DNA of 64,000 nucleotides from an uncultured Lentimicrobiaceae bacterium (lineage in GTDB: Bacteria > Bacteroidota > Bacteroidia > Bacteroidales > JAGONC01): NCBI GenBank assembly GCA_964628285.1, contig CAZVNP010000006.1:20265-84264 (forward strand). The letters are read 5' to 3'. The notes under the pieces are model-generated. The model saw only the letters and a list, made by a program, of their open reading frames with translations. It did not search any database and was not told where the DNA came from. The position numbers and the translations under genes were made by a program. This document shows, in pieces, positions 21,726 to 33,612 of this stretch; positions within the stretch are counted from its first letter, which is position 1; each line of letters opens with the position of its first letter.

Positions 21726-21763
21726 GTCGCGTAGCGACGATATCCAATAGTGGCGTAGCGACG
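21726..21763. promoter_or_regulatory. two copies of a 13-14 bp palindromic box (GTCGCGTAGCGACG / GTGGCGTAGCGACG), 24 bp apart
   Basis: Read directly. Copy 1 is 21726-21739, with arms GTCGC/GCGAC around GTA. Copy 2 is 21750-21763 with one arm mismatch. Both lie in the divergent GNAT / DUF3108-A2M intergenic region. Confidence 0.3.
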
Positions 21764-21885
21764 CAATATTTATTGTCTGTAATCGGAAATTGAATTGCAA
21801 TACCACCCCCAAATTGCCGTTATTATTAGGTTTTTAACCGGTTACCCGTTCATCGAAATTCATCCATAACCTCTTGTCTCATTCA

Positions 21886-22689
21886 ATGGACCGCCTGCTC
21901 AGGATATTGATTGTGATATTTATCCTGTCATCGGCATGCCTTCCGGCCCGCAGCCAGGACCTCAGAACCATTCGTCAATCCGCTTTTAAACGCGGAGAGG
22001 TCCTTCAATACAAAGTTTACTGGGATGCCTGGCTGCTGCCTAAAATAACCGCCGGCCTGGCGGTCGTCAGAATCACCGATGAAAATAAACGGATCAACAA
22101 CAGGAGCACCCTTCATGTGATCGGTACCGGCGAGTCGAAAGGATTATTGAACTTGTTTTATAAGGTCAACGACCGCTACGAGACATATATCGACGAGGAG
22201 GCCATCATCCCATGGTTGTTCATACGTAAGACCAAGGAAGGAAGCTATGTGAGCAACGACATGGTGGCTTTCAAACATGCTCAGAAGATCGCCATCAGCC
22301 GTTATGGGATAAAAAATATCCCCGACAATGTGCAGGATATCATTTCGGCATTTTTTTATGCCCGGACATTTGATTTTTCAAATGCCCATGACGGTGACGT
22401 GTACCCGGTCGACTTCTACCTCGACGACTCGGTGTACGTGTCAAAGGTGGTATTTGAAGGCAGGGATACCATTAAAATTGACATGGGCACCTTCGGTTGC
22501 CTGAAATTCAAGCCCATGGTGCTGGTGGGCGAAGTGTTTAAAGAGCCCTATCCCATGACACTGTGGGTGTCCGATGACCATAACCACATACCCGTCAAGG
22601 CACAATCAGGTGTCATTGTGGGGAGCGTGAAGATGGAGCTGATCTCCTGTGAGGGGCTGTCTAACCCTTTGACCTCAAAAATAAACTGA
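21886..22689 (+). CDS. DUF3108-like secreted protein
   Basis: ATG 21886 gives MDRLLRILIVIFILSSACLPARSQD (signal peptide). The beta-rich pattern with FKRGEVLQYKVYW is typical of DUF3108 (from memory). The track ORF starts at TTG 21874. Confidence 0.62.
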   Translation: MDRLLRILIVIFILSSACLPARSQDLRTIRQSAFKRGEVLQYKVYWDAWLLPKITAGLAVVRITDENKRINNRSTLHVIGTGESKGLLNLFYKVNDRYETYIDEEAIIPWLFIRKTKEGSYVSNDMVAFKHAQKIAISRYGIKNIPDNVQDIISAFFYARTFDFSNAHDGDVYPVDFYLDDSVYVSKVVFEGRDTIKIDMGTFGCLKFKPMVLVGEVFKEPYPMTLWVSDDHNHIPVKAQSGVIVGSVKMELISCEGLSNPLTSKIN

Positions 22690-22814
22690 AAACCTGGCAA
22701 CCGGTCCGTTTTTGGGGTAATTTTATGTTTCTTCTGGCATACTTTATGGAAAAAATGGATTTTTTCAGCTATATTGCACCATTAGGTCCCAGCTCACCTT
22801 AATCATTGAACCGT

Positions 22815-25800
22815 ATGAAAAAGAGATTATTAATTTTTTTGACCCTCGCGGGCCTGGCTTTCTTTCTGAGCGGCTATGTGCTGATCACCTCATCATTAAT
22901 GACTAAAGACATGCCATCGATGAACAACTATCAGGATTATGAACAGGAATGGAAACAGGTGGATTCACTTGTCCAAAAAGGATTACCTCAATCGGCCCTG
23001 GCACTGGTGGAAATTATTTATAATAAAGCCCGGGCCGACCATAACTCACCCCAGTTCATCAAAACAATCATTTACAAGATGAAACTGAAATCGGAGTTTG
23101 AAGAAGATTTCATGGTGAAGGTCATCGGCGACACCAGAAAAGAGGTTGAGCAGTCGTCATTTCCGGTGGATCAAATCCTGCATTCCCTGCTGGCTGAGCT
23201 TTATTGGCGTTATTATTCAATGAACAGGTACAAAGTGCTTGACAGGACGGAAACCTATAATTTTGATCAGGAAGACATCCGGACATGGGATATGAAACAG
23301 CTCGTCAGTGCGGTCATGACAAACTACCGCCAATCCCTTGAGAATGCCGGTGAGCTGCAGAAAATACCGCTGAAGGATTACGATCCCATCCTGATCACTG
23401 CCGATGATTCCAAGCTCTACCGTCCCACGCTGTATGATTTCTTGGCTCACCGGGCGCTCGATTTCTTCATGAACAGCGAGTCCGGCCTCACGGAACCCGT
23501 TTACAGGTTTATCATGGATTCACCCGACTATTTTGATCCCAGCAACAAATTTGTCAGCCTCGACATCACGACCAAAGACACCATGTCGCTTAAATTTTAT
23601 GCCATCCGTCTTTTTCAGGACTTGCTCCGGTTTCACATGAGCGACAAGGCACCTGATGCCCTGGTCGATGTCGACCTGAAACGCCTTCAATTTGTCAGGG
23701 ATAATGATATCATAGAAATAAAGGACAGCCTTTACATCGAAGCCCTTAGATCGTTACTGGAGCGGACCGTCAGGGACTCAGCCTCCGCCGGGGTGAGTTA
23801 TGAGCTTGCACAGGCCTATTATGACCGCGGGCAGAAATATGATCCGCTGAAATCGGATGAGTATAAATGGGATATCAAAAATGCATGGAATTGTTGCAAC
23901 GACGCCTTGAAACGTTTCCCCGACACCGACGGCTCAAAGAAATGTAAAAACCTTCTCCTCCTGATCACCTCCCCTGCCCTCAACCTGACGATGCCGGGCG
24001 TCAACGTGGAAGGACAACCTTTCCTGAGTCTCATCAGTTATAAAAACGCACCACAAATTTATCTCCGGATCATCGACCTTTCGCCTGCAGAGGATAAACA
24101 GATCAGAGACAGGGGGAAGCGTGACAGCGATGTCGTCAAAGATTACCTGAGATACCCTGCTTACACATCCTGGGATGTTAAATTGCCTGATGACGGCGAT
24201 TTTCAGTCCCATGCCGCGGAGATCAAAATACCAGGACTTCCCCTGGGGTATTATGTGATCCTCGCCGCCACCAACGGTGAATTCTCTCCCGCCGACGCGC
24301 CTGTGGCCTGCGGCTCCTGCTGGATATCGAACATCAGTTATATCAGCAGGAAAATGGATGACGGCAGCGAAGACTTTTACGTTCTTGACCGTGACAAGGG
24401 CACACCTCTTTCCAATGTCAGGGTACAGACCTATTACAGGGTCTATGACAACAACCGGCGGACTTATGACTTTAAACCGTGGGACAATTATGTCACCGAC
24501 GGGGACGGTTTTTTCAGAATCCCTGCCCTGCCTCGCCGTACCCCCGGCAAGACCTTTGTCATCCGTTTCAATCTGGACCGCGATACCCTGATGACTGATA
24601 ACTATTTTTATCAATACAGTTACAGTCCCGAGCCTCCCAAAATGAAGCCCAGGACATTCTTCTTCACCGACCGTGCCATTTACCGCCCCGGGCAAACGAT
24701 ATACTTCAAGGGCATTGCCATTGAAACTGACGGGACAAATAACCGGATCCTCCCTCAGTATAAAACAACGGTCACGTTTTTCGATGTCAACGGGCAAAAG
24801 ATCTCATATCAGGAACTGGAGACCGATGATTACGGTTCGTTCAACGGCTTTTTCATCGCTCCCACCGGCATCCTGACCGGTGAGATGAGCCTCAGCAATG
24901 AGTCGGGCTCCGTCGACGTGTCGGTGGAAGAATATAAACGGCCTAACTTTGAGGTGACCTTCGATCCCGTCAAGGGCATTTACAAGCTCAACGAGGCGGT
25001 GACTGTCAATGGTGTGGCCAGGGCCTATTCCGGCGCCAACGTTGACCATGCCCGGGTGTCGTACCGCGTCGTACGCAAAGCCCGCTTTCCCTATTGGGGC
25101 TTTGGCTGGAGAGACTGGTTCCGTTCCTCACCCGAGATGGAGATTGCCAACGGCACCCTCGAGACGGATGCCAACGGTCAATTCGCCATCACCTTCAAGG
25201 CTATCCCCGATCCGACCATCAATGCCAAATACAAACCCGTTTTTAACTACGTTGTGACGGCCGACGTGACCGACATCAACGGCGAGACCCAGTCATCCTC
25301 AGCCAACGTGGCCGTGGGCTATACCGCCCTGCTGGTGAATGTGGATATCCCTGAAACCATCGATCAAACAGGTAAAAAAGATTTCCTGTTGTCAGCGACC
25401 AACCTGAATGGTCAGAGTGAACCGGTGAAGGTGACCCTCACGGTTAGCAAGCTCGCCGAACCGGACCGTCTGTTCCGTGACCGCCTGTGGAACAGACCCG
25501 ACCGGTTTATCATGACTAAAGAGGAGTTTTATGCCGCCTTCCCGCATGATGTTTATAACAATGAAAATGATGTTGAGACATGGGAGGTTCAGAAGGTGGT
25601 CATGACGAAATCATACAATACTGCCACCGACACCCTGGTCACCTTCACCGATCTCTCAGCATGGGAGCCGGGCCATTATCTGATCAGCGCCTTGGCTGTG
25701 GATAGCTTCGGACAAAAAGTGGAAAATAAAAAATATACCGTTGTCTATTCGCCTGATGAAAAAAAGATACCCGTGGAGGCCATATTCTGGTTTTCACCGG

Positions 25801-28800
25801 GCAAGATGAAGGGTATCTCCGGAGAGAATGCCTCATTTCTTGCCGGTACAAGGGAGAAAAAACTGAATGTTGTTTATGAAATCATTAAAGACAATGCAAC
25901 CGTCCAGAGAGAATGGCTCACTTTGGGTGATCAGCAGAAAAACATGACAATCCCCATAACGGAAGAATACCGTGGGAACATCCAGATCAACCTTGTCTGT
26001 GTTAAATACAACCGCAGTTTTCAGGATTTCCGGACGATCATTGTTCCTTACTCCAACAAAGAACTGAACCTTGAGTTCAGCTCCTTCAGAGACAAGCTGA
26101 CGCCCGGGCAGGAGGAAGAGTGGAACATCAAAATAAAAGACGCCAAAGGTGAGAAAGTGGCGGCGGAGATGGTGGCCACCATGTACGATGCCTCCCTCGA
26201 CGCCTTTGTCCCGCATGAATGGGATTTCGACATCTACAGGCATTACAGTGCCTCGAGGGCATGGGATGCTAAGGATGCATTTGCGGTGGACAGAACGCAG
26301 ACATTTATTGAACGGACCAGGGTATATGAATACCCGGTGGAGAGAAGCTATGATCAGCTCAACTGGTTCGGATTCAATTACTATGGTTTTCCAAGGTATG
26401 TCAAAGGTATCATGATGGACCGGATGATCAGTCCGACGATGGCACTGGAGGAAAATGTAGCGAAGCCGGAGACGCAGGAGTTGATGATGATCCAGATGCC
26501 CCCGGAAGGACAGGGCGTGGAACAGGAAGCACCGGCAAAACCCGAAATCACACCTGGATTGCAGGTGCGGCGTGACTTCAACGAGACCGCTTTCTTCTAT
26601 CCCGATCTCCGGACTGACAACAACGGCGATGTCATCATCAGGTTTAAGGTGCCCGAGTCGCTCACACGCTGGAAGATGCTTGGCCTGGCCCATACCACCG
26701 ACCTTGAATACGGACAGGTCATGAAAGAGCTGGTCACGCAGAAAAATCTTATGATCGTCCCTAATGCACCACGTTTTTTCAGGGAAGGCGATACCATGGC
26801 TTTCACCGCCAAAGTCGTCAACCTTTCGGATGAAACATTGAGCGGTATCGCCACGCTGGGTTTCTTTGATGCCGTTAGCATGACGCCGGTGAATCTCATC
26901 AGTTCGGATGCCGGTCAGTCATTCACGGTGCAAAAGGGCCAGAGTGCGGTGGTCAGTTGGCCTGTGGCTGTTCCTGTCGGCGGCCTGCAAGCCCTCACCT
27001 ACCGCATCACCGCCAAGGCCGGCAGTTTCAGTGACGGTGAGGAGAAAGCCCTGCCGGTGCTGACCAACCGCATGCTGGTGACGGAGACGCTGCCTCTTCC
27101 TGTCAATGGCAAACAAACCAAGACTTTTAGCTTTACCAAGCTGATCGATTCAAAGTCATCCGCCACGCTGAGCAACTTCAAGCTCACCCTGGAGTTCACC
27201 TCCAATCCGGCGTGGTATGCCGTTCAGGCTTTGCCTTACCTCATGGAATATCCTTATGAATGTTCAGAGCAGGTGTTCAGCCGTTATTATGCCAACATTC
27301 TGGCCAGTTATATTGCCAACTCCAATCCTAAGATCAGGGCGGTATTTGACGTATGGAAAAATTACACCCCTGAGGCCCTTTTGTCGAATCTGGAGAAGAA
27401 CCAGGAATTGAAATCCCTGATACTGGAAGAGACCCCATGGGTGATGGAAGCTAAAAACGAGAGCGAACGAAAACAACGCATCGCCCTGCTGTTCGACATG
27501 AACCGCATGGCCAACGAGCAGGCAGCCGCCCTGGCGGAGTTGCGCAACATGCAGCTGCCCAACGGCGCCTGGCCCTGGTTCGAGGGCATGCCCGACAGCC
27601 GTTACATCACCCAACACATCGTATGCGGAATGGGTAAACTGAACCGCCTAAAAGTTAAAGATGTCGTGGAAGATAACGAGATATGGCAGATGATACGGCA
27701 GGCAGTGAGCTACCTCGATAACAGGATACGGGAAGATTATGAGAACATAAAGAAAATCGATCCGGATGGAATGGATAAGGATCATCTGGGATACCTCCGG
27801 ATCCATTACCTATATGCCAGAAGCTTTTTCAATGCTTTTAACGTCAATATAAATCTGGATCAATCCAACCGTGAGGCTTTTGAATATTTCAAAGGACAGG
27901 CACAGAAATACTGGGCCGGGCAGAACAAATACATGCAGGGCATGATCGCCCTGGCACTGCATCGTTTCGGTGACAAGGAAACACCGGCCGGTATCATCAG
28001 GTCGTTAAAAGAATATGCACTGCATTCCGACGAGATGGGTATGTATTGGAGGGAGAACATGCCGGGCTATTTCTGGTACCAGGCCCCTGTGGAGACCCAG
28101 GCCTTACTGATCGAAGCCTTTGATGAGGTAGCCAATGATACGACAGCGGTGGAGGAGATGAAAGTATGGCTGCTCAAACAAAAACAAACACAGGAATGGC
28201 CCAGCACCAAAGCCACCGTGGATGCCATTTACGCATTGCTGCTTCGCGGCACCGATATTCTGGCGGGCGAGGAACAGGTGATCATCAAACTGGATGATAT
28301 CGTCGTTGATCCGGCGAAGATGGAGAATGTGAAGGTCGAAGCCGGGACAGGATACTTCAAGACCTCATGGAACAACGGTGAGATAAAACCTGACATGGGT
28401 CGCGTCACCGTGACCAAGACAGATGAGGGTGTGGCCTGGGGAGCCCTGTACTGGCAGTACTTCGAGCAGCTTGACAAGATCACACCACATGAAACCCCTC
28501 TGAAACTGTCCAAAGCATTGTTTCTGGAAAAGAGTACAGCCACAGGACCTGTTATCATACCGGTAGCCACGGGCACCACCCTGCATGTCGGCGACCGTCT
28601 CAGGGTTCGCATTGAATTAAGGGTGGACCGCGACATGGAGTACGTCCACATGAAAGACATGCGTGCTGCTGCCTTCGAACCTGTCAATGTGCTGTCGGGT
28701 TACAGGTATCAGGGCGGACTGGGGTATTATGAGAGCACCCGCGACGCGTCAACGAATTTTTTCTTCGGTTATCTGCCCAAGGGCACCTATGTGTTTGAAT

Positions 28801-28919
28801 ATCCCCTTATCGTGTCACAGGAAGGACAATTTTCCAATGGCATCACCACCATTCAATGCATGTACGCGCCGGAATTTGCCGCCCATTCCCAGGGCATCAG
28901 GGTGAATATCGGGGAATGA
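22815..28919 (+). CDS. alpha-2-macroglobulin family protein, thioester type
   Basis: 2034 aa from ATG 22815 (track TTG at 22806). N-terminal membrane anchor or signal MKKRLLIFLTLAGLAFFLSGYVLI. CxEQ thioester motif YPYECSEQ, with CSEQ encoded at 27261-27272. Long MG-domain-like beta-rich body. Confidence 0.88.
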   Translation: MKKRLLIFLTLAGLAFFLSGYVLITSSLMTKDMPSMNNYQDYEQEWKQVDSLVQKGLPQSALALVEIIYNKARADHNSPQFIKTIIYKMKLKSEFEEDFMVKVIGDTRKEVEQSSFPVDQILHSLLAELYWRYYSMNRYKVLDRTETYNFDQEDIRTWDMKQLVSAVMTNYRQSLENAGELQKIPLKDYDPILITADDSKLYRPTLYDFLAHRALDFFMNSESGLTEPVYRFIMDSPDYFDPSNKFVSLDITTKDTMSLKFYAIRLFQDLLRFHMSDKAPDALVDVDLKRLQFVRDNDIIEIKDSLYIEALRSLLERTVRDSASAGVSYELAQAYYDRGQKYDPLKSDEYKWDIKNAWNCCNDALKRFPDTDGSKKCKNLLLLITSPALNLTMPGVNVEGQPFLSLISYKNAPQIYLRIIDLSPAEDKQIRDRGKRDSDVVKDYLRYPAYTSWDVKLPDDGDFQSHAAEIKIPGLPLGYYVILAATNGEFSPADAPVACGSCWISNISYISRKMDDGSEDFYVLDRDKGTPLSNVRVQTYYRVYDNNRRTYDFKPWDNYVTDGDGFFRIPALPRRTPGKTFVIRFNLDRDTLMTDNYFYQYSYSPEPPKMKPRTFFFTDRAIYRPGQTIYFKGIAIETDGTNNRILPQYKTTVTFFDVNGQKISYQELETDDYGSFNGFFIAPTGILTGEMSLSNESGSVDVSVEEYKRPNFEVTFDPVKGIYKLNEAVTVNGVARAYSGANVDHARVSYRVVRKARFPYWGFGWRDWFRSSPEMEIANGTLETDANGQFAITFKAIPDPTINAKYKPVFNYVVTADVTDINGETQSSSANVAVGYTALLVNVDIPETIDQTGKKDFLLSATNLNGQSEPVKVTLTVSKLAEPDRLFRDRLWNRPDRFIMTKEEFYAAFPHDVYNNENDVETWEVQKVVMTKSYNTATDTLVTFTDLSAWEPGHYLISALAVDSFGQKVENKKYTVVYSPDEKKIPVEAIFWFSPGKMKGISGENASFLAGTREKKLNVVYEIIKDNATVQREWLTLGDQQKNMTIPITEEYRGNIQINLVCVKYNRSFQDFRTIIVPYSNKELNLEFSSFRDKLTPGQEEEWNIKIKDAKGEKVAAEMVATMYDASLDAFVPHEWDFDIYRHYSASRAWDAKDAFAVDRTQTFIERTRVYEYPVERSYDQLNWFGFNYYGFPRYVKGIMMDRMISPTMALEENVAKPETQELMMIQMPPEGQGVEQEAPAKPEITPGLQVRRDFNETAFFYPDLRTDNNGDVIIRFKVPESLTRWKMLGLAHTTDLEYGQVMKELVTQKNLMIVPNAPRFFREGDTMAFTAKVVNLSDETLSGIATLGFFDAVSMTPVNLISSDAGQSFTVQKGQSAVVSWPVAVPVGGLQALTYRITAKAGSFSDGEEKALPVLTNRMLVTETLPLPVNGKQTKTFSFTKLIDSKSSATLSNFKLTLEFTSNPAWYAVQALPYLMEYPYECSEQVFSRYYANILASYIANSNPKIRAVFDVWKNYTPEALLSNLEKNQELKSLILEETPWVMEAKNESERKQRIALLFDMNRMANEQAAALAELRNMQLPNGAWPWFEGMPDSRYITQHIVCGMGKLNRLKVKDVVEDNEIWQMIRQAVSYLDNRIREDYENIKKIDPDGMDKDHLGYLRIHYLYARSFFNAFNVNINLDQSNREAFEYFKGQAQKYWAGQNKYMQGMIALALHRFGDKETPAGIIRSLKEYALHSDEMGMYWRENMPGYFWYQAPVETQALLIEAFDEVANDTTAVEEMKVWLLKQKQTQEWPSTKATVDAIYALLLRGTDILAGEEQVIIKLDDIVVDPAKMENVKVEAGTGYFKTSWNNGEIKPDMGRVTVTKTDEGVAWGALYWQYFEQLDKITPHETPLKLSKALFLEKSTATGPVIIPVATGTTLHVGDRLRVRIELRVDRDMEYVHMKDMRAAAFEPVNVLSGYRYQGGLGYYESTRDASTNFFFGYLPKGTYVFEYPLIVSQEGQFSNGITTIQCMYAPEFAAHSQGIRVNIGE

Positions 28920-28955
28920 TGTGCCGCCGTCACATGACCTGAAAATGACGGCCTG

Positions 28956-31703
28956 TCAGTCGATCACCAGTTTTCCGCCACGGGAGCGGTTACCTTGTTC
29001 TATCATGAATAAATAAACGCCTTTGGCACACTCCGACAGATCGATAGGCAAATGAACCGTTTTTGTTTTTCCTGAAAGATGGGTTTTCCACACCACCTTT
29101 CCATTCAGGTCGGTTATACGGATGTCAGACTGATCCGTTGAGGAAGCGATTTCTACAATGAATTGTCCTTGAGAAGGGTTGGGATAGACACGGACCGTGC
29201 CGGCATCATGCCCGGCCACCGAGGTGTATGGATTCAGCGGGTAGGCGGTAGTAAAAAGGCCCCTGCCGTGGGTGGCCGCCAAAACAGTATTGTCGGCTTC
29301 CCTGATCTTAAGCATGTCGGTTCTGACATTGGCCATACCCTCAATGTCGGGTTCCCATGTGGGTTCCTCCTGGTCGAGGGTGTTGGTGGACCACACCCCC
29401 GTTTCGGTAGCCAGCAGTGCCTGCCTGGCATTCTGGGGATGATACAGAACCCATCGTACCGGCATATCGGGCAGGCTGCCTTCTTTCACCTGCCAGGTGG
29501 CACCGCCGTCATAAGTCTGCCATACCGACGGCACACCGTAATTGGAGAAGGTTACCAGAAGCGTATCCTCCGACCCTCCGATAGCGACACATGAGATGCT
29601 GCCCGGCGGGAAATCAGGGCTCCCTATCTCGGTCTGCACCGGCGTGGCCTGGGCATTCTCCACACGGAAAAGCCTGCCGTTGTTGGTGCCTACGAAAAGA
29701 GTGGCCGTGCCTGCCGGAGAATAAGGCGAATATTTGATATGTGAAAAGAAAAAGTTGGAGCCGGTGGCTACCGTGATGTAAGTCTCGGAAGGATTCTGAA
29801 GAATGTTGGAGATACGCAGGATCTTATTGGCATTGCCGCCCGAGAACGATACCCCGTTGGCGTAAAGAGTGTTCAGCTTGTAATCGTAATCGGCCGGATT
29901 GATAAAAATGCCGCTCTGATTGATGTTGATGGTATTGAATTCATTACCGTTATAAAAAACCGTGTACTGGTTATAGTAATATGAAGTGATGAAATAGGAC
30001 GGCTGGTCCTGATCATAAAAGCAATAGGCGCCGTCGCCGCCGTCGATCATGCTATTGATGGTCAGGGGCGCGTCGTTATAATACAGAGTGCCGTTATCCT
30101 GCAGTCCGCCGATGTATTGGGCTATCCCGGCCAAGGGACTGAGGTCGCATGAGTAAAATTGCAGGGTGTTGTAGTTCCTGTTTTTCTCCTTAAAAACAGG
30201 TGACGAAGATGAAGCCCCCGAGGTATAAAATACACCCCCGTCGCTGGTAAAGACACACTCATCCGACGATCCCGGCTTATAGACCTGGGCATGCTGGTCG
30301 GCATGGACATATTCATCGCCGCCACCGGTATACATCAGATACCAGTCGGAGACCTCGTTCCATGTGCCGCCGCCGTTGGCAGTATTCCACACGTTGAGGC
30401 CGCCGACATAAAGCCTGTTGGTATTGTTCGGGTCGACCGTCCCGGTCATGGCATGCCACGCCAGATTGGCCCAGTTACCGGAGGTAGGCTTGTTGATCTG
30501 CGTCCAGGAGGCTCCTTTGTCTGTGGTCTTGATGATGTAACGACCATAGTATACCGGATTGCCCTGGACATAGCCTGCAGCGATGAGAGCATAGACCGTG
30601 TTCTCATCCTGGGATGCCGGGGCCAGGATCACTCTGCCGGGGAGGTTATAGGTGGGTTCATTCTCAATGATGGTGCGATAGTCATCAAAAACGGTCCAGG
30701 AGCCGGTGACACCTTCATCGGAGTATAGGATGACGGCGCCACCCAGGCCGTCGAGGTTGCGCATGGTGCCGACGTAAATGCGGCCGTCGGATTGGATGGC
30801 GATGCTGGAAGGCGCATAGGGCACCTCTTGGCCGGCAATGTCGGGCAGGACCTGTTGCCAGGAGAGACCCCCGTCGGCGGAACGGTACAGGCCGTCGCTG
30901 GGCAGGCTTTGGTGGATGCCATGATAAACACCTGAGACCACGCCCGCATAGATGACACTGTTGCCACCCTCATCCCTTACCCTGATGTCGGTGATAAAAT
31001 CAAAATCCTCCGTTGACGCGAGCCAGGACCACGTGTTGCCGCCGTCGGTCGATTTAAAGATGCCGCCGCCCAGACCCGACGATTCACGATAGGTGGTTAT
31101 GGCCGTCTGTGCCTCGCCCGTACCCACATAAAATGTCATGGGATCATTGGGATCATAGGTTATGCAGGCTATCGACAGGTCGCTCCACAAATCATCCACC
31201 GCGATCCATTGGGAGGTGTTGCCGGTGATGTCATCGATATACCACAGCCCACCCGTCACCCCGCCGGCCCAGACCTTATGACCCTGCGGGTCATTGGGAT
31301 CCCACATGATGGCCCTGGTGCGTCCGCCCAGGTTGGCAGGGATATTCTGCCAGGCCAGAGCTCCGGCCGTTTGACCGGCTCTTTTCTTTAACCTCATCTG
31401 ATCGGTGACCTGACAGGCCTGGACGAGCCTGTTCTTTGGGACGTACCCCAACGCCGGATCAACGGTCATCAGGAAGTTTTGAAAGGCCGCCGGATCGGCA
31501 CCAGTCATCTCTTCCTCACCGGAACGGCCGGCCACATCACAGGGTGCCTGTTTGTATTCCTGTTTGAGAAAGATCTCGAATTTTTCCCTGGGGGTCATTT
31601 TCCGGTCGGCCGTCACGGTCATCAGCGCAATAACCGTCAGCAACAGTGAGGGAATAATAAATTTTTTGGGAAAGGGTCTTTGCGTAAAATGATGGTTTGG
31701 CAT
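28956..31703 (-). CDS. BNR/Asp-box repeat (sortilin/VPS10- or GH74-like) protein with T9SS C-terminal sorting domain
   Basis: 915 aa. Repeated SxDxGxTW boxes: STDGGNTWS, SADGGLSWQ, TTDKGASWT, TANGGGTWN, TYDGGATWQ. C-terminus VRVYPNPSQGQFIVEI...GVYLFMIEQGNRSRGGKLVID matches the Por secretion tail. Confidence 0.8.
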   Translation of the reverse strand: MPNHHFTQRPFPKKFIIPSLLLTVIALMTVTADRKMTPREKFEIFLKQEYKQAPCDVAGRSGEEEMTGADPAAFQNFLMTVDPALGYVPKNRLVQACQVTDQMRLKKRAGQTAGALAWQNIPANLGGRTRAIMWDPNDPQGHKVWAGGVTGGLWYIDDITGNTSQWIAVDDLWSDLSIACITYDPNDPMTFYVGTGEAQTAITTYRESSGLGGGIFKSTDGGNTWSWLASTEDFDFITDIRVRDEGGNSVIYAGVVSGVYHGIHQSLPSDGLYRSADGGLSWQQVLPDIAGQEVPYAPSSIAIQSDGRIYVGTMRNLDGLGGAVILYSDEGVTGSWTVFDDYRTIIENEPTYNLPGRVILAPASQDENTVYALIAAGYVQGNPVYYGRYIIKTTDKGASWTQINKPTSGNWANLAWHAMTGTVDPNNTNRLYVGGLNVWNTANGGGTWNEVSDWYLMYTGGGDEYVHADQHAQVYKPGSSDECVFTSDGGVFYTSGASSSSPVFKEKNRNYNTLQFYSCDLSPLAGIAQYIGGLQDNGTLYYNDAPLTINSMIDGGDGAYCFYDQDQPSYFITSYYYNQYTVFYNGNEFNTININQSGIFINPADYDYKLNTLYANGVSFSGGNANKILRISNILQNPSETYITVATGSNFFFSHIKYSPYSPAGTATLFVGTNNGRLFRVENAQATPVQTEIGSPDFPPGSISCVAIGGSEDTLLVTFSNYGVPSVWQTYDGGATWQVKEGSLPDMPVRWVLYHPQNARQALLATETGVWSTNTLDQEEPTWEPDIEGMANVRTDMLKIREADNTVLAATHGRGLFTTAYPLNPYTSVAGHDAGTVRVYPNPSQGQFIVEIASSTDQSDIRITDLNGKVVWKTHLSGKTKTVHLPIDLSECAKGVYLFMIEQGNRSRGGKLVID

Positions 31704-31761
31704 AGGAATAAAAGTAAAATAACAGACACAAATTTACAGCAAGAATGTGTGATCATGAACT

Positions 31762-31998
31762 TTATTCCGCCAGAACCAGAACTTTATTTTTCAGCACTTC
31801 CACCACACCGCCGTTGATCTTAAAGAGATGTTTTTGATTGCCGGCATCGACGACCTTTATATTCCCTTTGCCCAGCACCGACACGAGGGGTGCGTGGTCA
31901 TTGAGTATCTCGAATAATCCGTCGATGCCGGGAAGCTGGATCAGGTTGGCATTTCCTTTAAAAACAGTTTTGTCGGGTGTGATGATCTCGATATTCAT
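31762..31998 (-). CDS. atpC: F1 ATP synthase epsilon subunit (short form, beta-sandwich only)
   Basis: 78 aa, immediately downstream of atpD. MNIEIITPDKTVFKGNANLIQLPGIDGLFEILNDHAPL matches the epsilon N-domain. Confidence 0.85.
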   Translation of the reverse strand: MNIEIITPDKTVFKGNANLIQLPGIDGLFEILNDHAPLVSVLGKGNIKVVDAGNQKHLFKINGGVVEVLKNKVLVLAE

Positions 31999-32012
31999 GA
32001 GGCGTGATCCTG

Positions 32013-33590
<1,578 letters not shown>

Positions 33591-33612
33591 CTAAACAAGG
33601 GATTTGATAGGT

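Noticed and set aside
28926-28952. Inverted repeat GCCGTCA...TGACGGC between the convergent A2M and BNR genes, considered as a bidirectional terminator.
   Set aside because: The loop is 13 nt, the stem is only 7 bp, and there is no flanking T- or A-run. That is too weak to call.
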